From: Candidatus Aminicenantes bacterium | GTDB lineage: Bacteria; Acidobacteriota; Aminicenantia; Aminicenantales; Saccharicenantaceae | Direction of reading: 5' to 3' | Assembly (NCBI GenBank): GCA_963717865.1 | Contig: CAVQXL010000004.1 | Span: 1,064,243-1,128,242 of the forward strand | DNA length: 64,000 bases | Program-made: the position numbers and the translations under genes | Shown here: positions 10,550 through 19,027 of the stretch, piece by piece | Numbering within the stretch: position 1 is the stretch's first letter | Layout: every line of letters starts with the position of its first letter | The notes under the pieces: generated by a model | Database searches by the model: none | Told to the model about the DNA's origin: nothing | What the model saw: only the letters and a program-made list of their open reading frames with translations

Positions 10550-11434
10550 GTGCCGGCCGTCCTCGTCCGGGTCCTCGCCGCCGCCGGCGCCGCCGTCCTG
10601 GTCCTCGGGGCCTCGGCGCCGCCGGCCGGGCAGGACCAGGCGACGGACCCGGCGGCCTGGAGCCGGGAGGAGAAGGAGGATTTCCTCCGGACGGCGGACA
10701 TCGTCCGCAGCGAGGTCATCCCGGGAGGGACGACGCGTTCGTCGCGGGCCACCCTGCGGAACGCGCGGGGGACGCACGATGCCCACATCCAGTCGATCGA
10801 CATCGCCGCGGCCAAGTTCGAGGGGGTCGCGGGGCAATGGGAGCTCAACTTCCGGGATACCTATAAATTCAACCTGGCCGCCTATGCCATGGACCGCCTC
10901 CTGGGGATGGACATGATCCCGCCGACGGTCGAACGGAAGGTCGGCAAGCGCACGGCCGCGGTGACGTGGTGGGTCGATGACGTGCTCATGGACGAGAAGG
11001 ACCGGCTCCTGAAGAAGGAGTTGCCGCCGATCCCGAAACGGTACAGGTGGAACTACCAGATCCACATCGTCCGCGTCTTCGACCAGCTCATCGCCAACAA
11101 GGACCGGAACCTCGGGAACATCCTGATCACCCGCGGCTGGAACATCTGGATCATCGATCACACGCGTGCCTTCCGCCCCTGGAAGGACCTCCTCGCCGCG
11201 GACGACCTCGCCCGGTGCGATCGCGCCCTTCTCGAGGGAATGCGCCGGCTGGACAGGAAGACGCTCGTGGAACGACTCGGAGCCTACCTCACGAACATGG
11301 AGATCGATGGGCTCCTGGCCCGCCGGGACCGCATCGTCAAGTTCTTCGACGACAAAGCCGCCCGCGACGGGGAGAACGTGGTCCTGTTCGATTACCTCGT
11401 CGAGCGCCGGACGGGGCCGCCGGGCGCGGACTGA
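10550..11434 (+). CDS. Signal-peptide protein with PI3/PI4-kinase-like catalytic motifs
   Basis: The GTG at 10550 comes directly after the lipoprotein stop. N-terminus is hydrophobic (VPAVLVRVLAAAGAAVLVLGASA). The motif DQLIANKDRNLGNILI...IWIIDHTRAF resembles the DRxxxN catalytic loop and the IDN/DFG-type metal loop of type II PI4-kinase-like folds. Confidence 0.6.
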   Translation: MPAVLVRVLAAAGAAVLVLGASAPPAGQDQATDPAAWSREEKEDFLRTADIVRSEVIPGGTTRSSRATLRNARGTHDAHIQSIDIAAAKFEGVAGQWELNFRDTYKFNLAAYAMDRLLGMDMIPPTVERKVGKRTAAVTWWVDDVLMDEKDRLLKKELPPIPKRYRWNYQIHIVRVFDQLIANKDRNLGNILITRGWNIWIIDHTRAFRPWKDLLAADDLARCDRALLEGMRRLDRKTLVERLGAYLTNMEIDGLLARRDRIVKFFDDKAARDGENVVLFDYLVERRTGPPGAD

Positions 11435-11437
11435 TCC

Positions 11438-11752
11438 TCAGCGCCCGCGGGGCAGGAACCGAAGCCCATAACGCGTGCTGGTCCGGGCGGGCGCGCACCA
11501 GACGACCTGGGCCCGGACGGGCAGGCTGACGGACGGCTCCGGACCGGGGATCAGGACCCTGACGACGTCCTTCTCGCGAAGGGGGAGCTGGGTGATCATC
11601 CCGATCCCTCCCGGGCTGATGTCCACGGCCTGGGCGAGGAAATGAACGCCCATGGGACTCCCGGCCCCCTCCTCGAGCGGCCCTTTATCGAAGTAAACGG
11701 GGCGGGCGTGGACCCAGCGCCGATAGGTCCGGTTTTCCAGACGGCCTTCCAT
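11438..11752 (-). CDS. PilZ-domain protein
   Basis: 104 aa with RxxxR (RTYRRWVHAR) and D/NxSxxG (DISPGGIG) c-di-GMP-binding motifs. Confidence 0.7.
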   Translation of the reverse strand: MEGRLENRTYRRWVHARPVYFDKGPLEEGAGSPMGVHFLAQAVDISPGGIGMITQLPLREKDVVRVLIPGPEPSVSLPVRAQVVWCAPARTSTRYGLRFLPRGR

Positions 11753-11771
11753 GTTCGCCCCCTTGCCGTTG

Positions 11772-12071
11772 TCAGGCCAGGAAACGGAGTCCGGACCGGA
11801 ACCTGGCCCCTTCGGGCTTCGACCAGACGATCGCCGCGGCGACGGGGAGGTTCACGGTCAGGTCCGCCATCGGGAACAGCAGGCGAACGGCCTCGTCCGG
11901 GATGAGAGGCTGGGGGGTGATCAGGCCGATGCCGCTCTGGCTGATATCGGTCCCATGGGCCATCAGCGAGGAATAGCCCGGCTTTTCCGGCGACGCGAAA
12001 AGGCGCTCGATATAGACGGCCTTCAGGTGAGGCCGGCGCGCATGGACCCTTTTGTCTTCATAGTGCTCCAT
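11772..12071 (-). CDS. PilZ-domain protein
   Basis: Start taken at MEHYEDKRVHARRP (ATG 12069-12071). Motifs are RVHARRP and DISQSGIG. The longer upstream extension in the track is low-complexity. Confidence 0.7.
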   Translation of the reverse strand: MEHYEDKRVHARRPHLKAVYIERLFASPEKPGYSSLMAHGTDISQSGIGLITPQPLIPDEAVRLLFPMADLTVNLPVAAAIVWSKPEGARFRSGLRFLA

Positions 12072-12294
12072 CACCCTTCTCCTTTGCCCTCTTAATATAT
12101 AGGTCCGCGCTCCCCGCCTGTCAACCGGTCCTATGCGAACGGCCCGGGGCGCCGTCTCACCCCCCTCACCCCTGGAGGGGAGGGGACGGCTCGGAAAATC
12201 ACCCCCGGAATTCATCCCCCGAAGCGATTCCCCCCTGGGCGCGGGTATAGGATTATCCAATCCTCGATGCTCAGGACCGACTAAATTGATAACG

Positions 12295-14145
12295 ATGCAA
12301 AAGCCTGGAAACAGAGCGAAGCAGGACCCTACCGCTTCGGCCGCGCGTCCCGGGAGCGCCCACCCGGCAGCCTCGGAGATCGATAAGCTGCGCCGCCGGG
12401 CGCTCCTGGCCGAGCGTGAGGCCTTTTCCGCCAAGGCCAGGCTGGAGCACCTATTAAGCGCGAGCTCGGGCGTCATCCTGAGCTGCCGCGCTTCGGCCGA
12501 TCACGGCGCCACCTTCGTCAGCCGGAGCCTGAAGACCCTCCTCGGCTACGAGCCCAAAGAATTCCTCAAGGAGCCCAAAGCCTGGCTCGAGGCCGTCCAC
12601 CCGGACGACCGCGAGGAGGTCGAAGCCATGCTCGCCTACGTGAGCGAGGTCGGGAACCTCGTCCACGAGTTCCGGATGCGGCACCGGGACGGGGGCTACA
12701 GATGGCTCCGCAACGAGCTCCGCCTCGCCGCCCCCCGGGGACGGCGGAAGTCCGGCGAGATCGCCGCCTATTGGATGGATATCACCGAATCCAAGACCCT
12801 CGAGGAACAGTTCGTTCACGACGCCTTTCACGATACCCTGACCAACCTCCCGAACCGGGCCCTCTTCGAGGACCGCCTCCGCGTTTCCTTCGCCCGGGGC
12901 CGCCGTCGGAAGGGCGCCACGTTCGCGGTCCTCTACGTCGACCTCGACCGCTTCAAGAACGTCAACGAGAGCCTGGGGCACGCCAAGGGCGACCGGCTCC
13001 TCCTGGGCGCCTCGAGAAGGCTCTTGAAGTGCGTGCGCTTCGGGGACACCGTCGCCCGCCTCGGCGGCGACGAGTTCCTCATCATCCTCGAGGACATCAA
13101 GGACCTGGCCGACGTCGAATCGACGGCCGAACGGATCCAGACGGAGATCGGACGGCCTTATGACCTCGGAGGGGAGGCGGAGGCGTTCGCCTCGGTCAGC
13201 ATCGGGATCGCCATCGCCTATCCGGGCCTCGAGAGGCCCGAGCATCTGGTCCGGGACGCCGAGACCGCGATGTTCCGGGCGAAGGCGTCCGGACGGGCCT
13301 GCCACGTCGTCTTCGACGGCGCCATGCGCGACAAGGCGGTGACGGCCCTTCAGCTGGAAACGGACCTCCGGCGGGCGGTCGAGAGGAACGAGTTCGTCCT
13401 CTATTACCAGCCGATCTGCCGGCTGAAGGACGGGACCGTGGCCGGATTCGAAGCCCTCATCCGCTGGCGTCATCCGAGCCGCGGCCTGATCCTCCCGAAC
13501 CACTTCATCCCCCAGGCCGAGGAGACGGGGCTGATCGTTCCGATGGGGGAATGGGTGCTCCGGGAGGCCTGCCGGCAGATGCGGGCCTGGCAGGACGCCT
13601 TTCCGGAGACCCCGCCGCTCGGCATCAGCGTCAACCTGTCCAGCAAACAGATCCTGCCGGGGTTCGCGGACCGCGTCCGCGACGTCCTCGCCGAAACTCG
13701 GATCGAACCATCGTCCCTGAGGCTCGAGATCACCGAAAGCTCGATCATCGACGACCCGGACCTGGCGGCCGGGCTCTTCGCCGAGCTCCGGAACATGAAG
13801 GTCCGCGTCCTCATCGACGACTTCGGGACGGGCTATTCGTCGATGAACTACCTCAGCAAGCTTTCGATCGACGGCCTCAAGATCGACCGGAGCTTCATCG
13901 GGGCCATGAGCCCGACGGGGGAGGGGCTGGAGATCGTCCGGATGATCCTGGCCCTCGCCCGGAACCTGGGCCTCAACGTCGTGGCCGAGGGCGTGGAGAC
14001 GGTCGAACAGATGGAATTCCTGAGGTGGCTGAACGGCGAATTCGCCCAGGGGTTCTTCTTCTCGGAGCCGTTGGACGCCTCGGCGGCGGAGAGGTACCTG
14101 GCTGCCAGGGCGGACGGGGGGCGTGCCCCCATGCCCGGGGCCTGA
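12295..14145 (+). CDS. PAS-GGDEF-EAL c-di-GMP turnover protein
   Basis: Start taken at MQKPGNRAK (12295). PAS-like region (GYRWLRNE, AYWMDITESK), intact GGDEF (RLGGDEFLIIL), and EAL motifs (EALIRW, DDFGTGYSS, QGFFFSEP). Confidence 0.85.
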   Translation: MQKPGNRAKQDPTASAARPGSAHPAASEIDKLRRRALLAEREAFSAKARLEHLLSASSGVILSCRASADHGATFVSRSLKTLLGYEPKEFLKEPKAWLEAVHPDDREEVEAMLAYVSEVGNLVHEFRMRHRDGGYRWLRNELRLAAPRGRRKSGEIAAYWMDITESKTLEEQFVHDAFHDTLTNLPNRALFEDRLRVSFARGRRRKGATFAVLYVDLDRFKNVNESLGHAKGDRLLLGASRRLLKCVRFGDTVARLGGDEFLIILEDIKDLADVESTAERIQTEIGRPYDLGGEAEAFASVSIGIAIAYPGLERPEHLVRDAETAMFRAKASGRACHVVFDGAMRDKAVTALQLETDLRRAVERNEFVLYYQPICRLKDGTVAGFEALIRWRHPSRGLILPNHFIPQAEETGLIVPMGEWVLREACRQMRAWQDAFPETPPLGISVNLSSKQILPGFADRVRDVLAETRIEPSSLRLEITESSIIDDPDLAAGLFAELRNMKVRVLIDDFGTGYSSMNYLSKLSIDGLKIDRSFIGAMSPTGEGLEIVRMILALARNLGLNVVAEGVETVEQMEFLRWLNGEFAQGFFFSEPLDASAAERYLAARADGGRAPMPGA

Positions 14146-14217
14146 CGTCCCCGCGTCCGGCTTGCCAAACACGGTCCCTCGCCCTATAATCTGCCTCTTT
14201 GCGCAAGGAGTGGACCC

Positions 14218-16301
14218 ATGAGCAAGCGCTCGACCGTTCTTCTCGTCCTGGCCGGACTCCTCGGCTCGGCCTTCGCGGCGGCCCAGGACCGCCTGAAGAC
14301 CATGCCGGGCTACGCCCGATACGAAAAGATGAGCCGGGAGATCCCGTCGGCCGCCAAGCTCGGCGCCCTGATCGTGACGTGGAGTGCGGACGGCAGGACG
14401 TTCGAATACCGGAAGGACGGCAAGCTCTATCGGTACGACGTCGCGGCCCGCAAGGCCGTCGAGGCCGGGGTCGCCCCGGCCGAACCCACACGCCCGGGCC
14501 GTCCCGGGGCCGGACCCGTCCGCGGGAGGCAGTGGGACAGCGCCGTCTCGCCGGACAAGAAGCTCAAGGCCTTTTATCGAGACCGGAATCTCTGGCTGAG
14601 CGATGCCGACGGGAGAAACGAGGTTGCCGTCACGACGGACGGCTCCGAAAAGACCCGCGTCAAGAACGGGACGGCCAGCTGGGTCTACGGAGAAGAGCTG
14701 GATCAGACCACGGCGATCTGGTGGTCGCCGGACTCGTCCAAGATCGCGTTCTACCGGTTCGACGAGAGCCGCGTCCCCGATTACTTCCTCCAGATGGACC
14801 AGACGAAGCTCTACAGCAAGCCCGATATCGAGGCCTATCCCAAGGCGGGTGAGCCGAATCCCGTCGTCGAGGTCCTCATCTATGACGTCGCGTCGAAGAC
14901 GACCGTCCGGGCGGACGTCAGGGACGGGAAGCCGTTCGATGATGCCGTCGTCGGCCACTACGTGTACAACGTCCAATGGTCGCCCGACGGTTCGCTCCTT
15001 CTGTTCAACCGCACGAACCGGCGTCAGAACGTTCTCGAGCTCGCCGCCTGCGACCCGGAGACGGGAAGATGCCGGGTCGATCGTCCGGGACGAATGGCCG
15101 ACGGGCTGGGTCGAGAACAACCCCGAGATGCGGTTCCTCAACGACGGCAAGAGGTTCATCTGCGCTCTCGGAGCGGAACGGCTGGAGGAATTATTATCTC
15201 TACGACCTGAACGGCACGCTCCTCAAGACGCTGACGAACCACGCCTTCGAGGTCGCCGGCATCGTCCGCGTCGACGAAAAAGCGGGCCTGCTCTATTACC
15301 TGGCCCGCAGCGGTGACAATCCCATGAAGCTCCAGCTCCACCGGGTCGGGCTGGACGGGAAGAAGGACAGGCGTCTGACCGATCCCGCCTTCCACCATAC
15401 GATCGACCATGGCCCCGAACGGGAAGATATTTCGTCGACGTCGCCCAGACCCACGACGTCCCCCCCGTGACCCGGCTCATGGACGCGTCGGGCAAGGCCG
15501 TCGCCGAGCTGGCCGCGAGCGACCTGACGAAATTCGATGCGCTTGGGGATGAAGAAAGCCGAGCTCTTCACGTTCAAGGCCGCCGACGGTGTGACGGACC
15601 TCTATGGGATGCTCAGCTTCCCGTCGAACTTCGATCCGACCAGGAAATACCCGCTTCTCGTCAGCGTCTATGCCGGTCCCGGGACCAACGGGGCGCGCGA
15701 GACGTTCATGACCCCAGACCCGATGGCGGAGTACGGTTTCCTCGTCGCCTCCTTCGATTCGCGGAGCGCGGGCGGGCGCGGCCGGAAGGCCCTCGACGCC
15801 GTTTACATGCATCTGGGCGTCGTCGAGATCGACGACCAGGCGGCGGGCGTCAAGGCTCTTTGGGAGCGCCCCTACGTCGACAAGGCCCGTGTCGGCATCT
15901 TCGGGACCTCGTATGGCGGCTACGCCTCGGCGATGTGCCTGCTCCGCCACCCCGACGTCTTTCGGGCGGCCAGCGCCTCGTCCCCGGTTACGGCCTGGAA
16001 CCACTACGACAGCATCTACACCGAGCGCTACATGTGGATCCCTCAGGAGAACAAGGAAGGGTACGAGGCGGGAAGCGCCATGACCTACGCCGGCAAGCTC
16101 GACGGCCGGCTGATGATCTACTACGGGACGGCGGACAACAACGTCCACCCGAACAACTCCATGCAGCTCATCCAGGCCCTGCAGCGGGCCGGCAAGAGCT
16201 TCGAGGTCCAGGTCGGGCCCGACGCCGGGCATTCCGGCCTCCGCCAGGACCGGATGATGGAATTCTTCATCGAGAACCTGGTGATGAACGCTCCCCGCTG
16301 A
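14218..16301 (+). pseudogene. Dipeptidyl-peptidase IV family (S9B) serine peptidase, at least 4 frame changes
   Basis: AAGGAG SD and signal peptide (MSKRSTVLLVLAGLLGSAFAAA). Homologous pieces are spread over frames: ...ACDPETG / IVRDEWPTGWVENNPEMRFLNDGKRFI / SERNGWRNYYLYDLNG...HHTID / VTRLMDASGKAVAEL / MKKAELFTFKA...GTSYGGY...GHSG. Frame switches lie near 15075, 15160, 15410 and 15540. Confidence 0.8.
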
Positions 16302-16355
16302 CTCTGGCCCGGCTCCGGGCGATTCGGGACCGGAATAAAGCTCTCGCCTGCCCCG

Positions 16356-16918
16356 TTATTTCCAGAAAAGGATCTCCGGGGCGTTCCGTTCCTTGGTCGA
16401 GAACCCTACGGCCGGATGGCCGACGACGATCGGCGCCACGATCGCGTGGTCTTCGGGAAACCGAACCGGGACTTTCCCTCGGGGGTCCCCAGGTACATCC
16501 CCGTGAATCCCATCCAGCAGGTCCCCAACCCGAGCCCCCGGGCCGCGAGCATCAGGTTCTCCGCGGCCAGGGTGCAATCGATCTCGGCCGTCGGGCTGAG
16601 GTTCGGCTTCGCGCAGATGACGACGAGCGAGGATGCGCCATAGAAGATGTTATATGCCGGGTCCGCGAATGTATCCTTATAGCGGGCGAGCGGCGGCATC
16701 CGGTCCAGCGAAGCGAGCAGATAAGCCTTGGTCCGGGCGTTGAGGTCGGCGAGGACGACGGGGTCCTGGATCACGGCGAATTCCCAGGGTTGAAAACCCA
16801 TCGCGCACGGCGCCTGAACGGCGGCGTCGATCAGCTGACGGATCAGGTCGCGGTCGACCGGCCTGGGCTCGTAGGCCCGGACGGACCGGCGGGTGTAAAT
16901 GGCTTCCTTGAGGTCCAT
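16356..16918 (-). pseudogene. Nitroreductase-family protein, one 1-nt deletion near 16457
   Basis: N-terminus is MDLKEAIYTRRSVRAYEP. The C-terminal part continues in the ORF 16356-16577 frame ([20 protein letters not shown]...). Adding one g in ttcccgaagac restores [10 protein letters not shown]. Span length is 3n+2. Confidence 0.75.
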
Positions 16919-17024
16919 GGCGATTGCTCTCCTATCGCATGAGATCTTAAAGGATGCATCTTAAGCGATGGCCGGTCCGGGAGTCAAGCGAGGGTCGTCC
17001 GGTTCGCCGCGCTTGAAATACCCC

Positions 17025-17052
17025 TTGACAAACGCCCGCGGGGGCTTATCTT
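17025..17052 (+). promoter_or_regulatory. Candidate sigma70-type promoter upstream of lexA
   Basis: TTGACA at 17025-17030, a 16-nt spacer, then TATCTT at 17047-17052. It sits in a locally AT-richer stretch just before the lexA start. Confidence 0.3.
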
Positions 17053-17059
17053 ATAAAAG

Positions 17060-17692
17060 GTGAACAAAATGGTAAACAGAATAAGAAAAGAACTGACGCA
17101 AAGGCAGGGCGGGGTCCTCAAGGCCATCGAGGGCTTCGTCCTGGAGCACGGGTACGCGCCGACGGTCCGGGAGCTGGCCAAGCTCCTCGGCATCCCCAAC
17201 CCCTCGGCCGTCTTCAAGCACATGCCGAGCCTGGAGAGGAAGGGCTACCTCAGGCGCGAGGGCGGGGAGCTCCGCCTCGCCGGCCTGCCGACGCTGGGGG
17301 AGAACCAGGTCCGGGTGCCGGTGGCCGGCCTCGTCCCCGCCGGCCTGCCGCGCGAGTCGTTCGACGTCTCGGCGGGCGAGGCCATGGACATCCCGGCCTG
17401 GATGGTCGGCCGAAGCGCGGCAACGTCTTCTGCATCCGGGTCGCCGGCAAGAGCATGATCGACGCCTACATCGACGACGGCGACCACGTCCTGCTCGAGC
17501 GGACCGACGCCGTGCCAACTCGGGCGAGATGGTCGTCGCCCTCCTCGATGACGGCTCGGTGACGCTCAAGCGGCTGCGGAAGGACGACGGGAAGGTCTTC
17601 CTCGTGCCCGAGAACCCGGCCTTCCGCCGATCGAGGTCACCGTCGGCGGCAAGGTCCTCGGCCGGGTCATCGGCGTCATGAGGAAGTATTGA
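17060..17692 (+). pseudogene. lexA: LexA repressor, three 1-nt deletions
   Basis: Winged-helix N-terminus (LTQRQGGVLKAIEGFVLEHGYAPTVRELAKLLG). The peptidase part is readable only across three frame steps near 17413, 17514 and 17628: RGNVFCIRVAGKSMIDAYIDDGD / NSGEMVVALLDDGSVTLKRL / IEVTVGGKVLGRVIGVMRKY. An alternative start is the ATG at 17069. Confidence 0.8.
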
Positions 17693-17776
17693 ACTGGTGA
17701 GTCGCAGCCCCTTCGAGGCTGCGTTACGCAGGCTAGAAGCACATGCGGCTACGATCGTAAAAGGACAGGTCGCTCA

Positions 17777-19015
17777 GTGACGCTCGGACCGCCGCTACAT
17801 CGTCCACGTCGACATCGACGCCTTCTTCGCCGCCGTCGAGGTCCTCCTCGACCCGTCGCTCAAGGGCAAGCCGGTCATCGTCGGCGGCCTGCCCCACGAG
17901 CGCGGCGTGGCCTCGACCTGCTCCTACGAGGCCCGCAAGTACGGCGTCCACTCCGGCATGCCCCTGCGCAAGTGCTACCAGCTCTGCCCGCAGGGCGTCT
18001 TCGTCCGCGGCAACTACCAGGTCTACGAGGCCTTCTCCGAGAACTTCTTCCGCGTCCTCCACACCTACACGCCCGACGTCGAGGAGGCCTCGCTCGACGA
18101 GGCCTACCTCGACCTGACCCGCTGCCGGCCGCTCTATCCCTCGTTCACCGACGGCGGCCCGGGAGATGAAGCGGCGGGTCGAGCGGGAGACTGGGCATCA
18201 CGGTCTCGGTCGGGCGCCGCGCCGAACAAGATCCTGGCCAAGCTGGCGACGCGGATGGCCAAGCCGGCCGGCTTCTTCGAGGTCCCCGAGGGCGGGGAGG
18301 AGGACTTCCTCCGCGACCTGGACATCTCGGACCTGCCCGGCATCGGCCCCAAGGCCCAGGTCGTCCTGCGGATGCTCAACATCCAGAAGATCGGCGACCT
18401 GTGGGGCCTGCCGCGGCCGACCCTGCGCTCGCTCTTCGGCGCTGGGCGGCGAGGAGATCTACCTCCAGTCGCGCGGCATCGACAGCCCGGCCCGTCGTCG
18501 GCCGCGGACGAGCCCAAGTCCGTCTCGCGCGAGACGACCTTCCTCGAGGACCTCTGGGACGAGCGCCTGCTCCTGGCCCACCTGGCCTACCTCTGCGACC
18601 GGCTGACCCTGGCCCTGCGCGCAGGACCGGCTCTACGCCCACGTCATCGAGGTCAAGGCCCGCTACTCGGACTTCAAGACCGAGATCAAGCGCCGCCTCG
18701 TCGTCATGCCGCTCCAGGAGATGGGCAAGATCTACAAGATCGCCGAGGAGCTCTTCCTCGAGCTCGTCGCCGCGTCGCGGCTGGCCCTGCGGCTGGTCGG
18801 GGTCAAGGCCTCGGAGCTCGTCCGGTCGCGGCCCCTGGCCCTCTTCGAGCCGTACTCGGAGCGCCCGGAGCGGCTGGGGCAGGCCATCGACCGCGGTCCG
18901 CGACAAGTACGGCTTCGGCTCCGTCCTGACCGTCCGGGAGAGGATGCTCGACGCCGTCTACGACTTCGAACCGCGGCGGGGCTTCGTCCTCAAGACGGCC
19001 TCGCTGACGAAGTGA
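17777..19015 (+). pseudogene. dinB: Y-family DNA polymerase (Pol IV/DinB-like, catalytic residues present), multiple frame changes
   Basis: Motifs are RRYIVHVDIDAFFAAVE, SCSYEARKYGVHSGM, ASLDEAYLDLT, APNKILAKLATRMAKP, DLPGIGPK, and a C-terminus RDKYGFGSVLTVRERM. Pieces lie in all three forward frames. The first shift comes directly after the GTG at 17777. Confidence 0.8.
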
Positions 19016-19027
19016 GGGCGACCGCCG

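Noticed and set aside
17040-17100. Possible LexA operator (gaacaaaatggtaaac) at the lexA start, and possible operators upstream of the Y-family polymerase gene.
   Set aside because: It is only a weak half-palindrome. It matches none of the LexA box consensuses I know (GAAC-N4-GTTC, CTGT-N8-ACAG, GTTC-N7-GTTC), and no second copy occurs before dinB.
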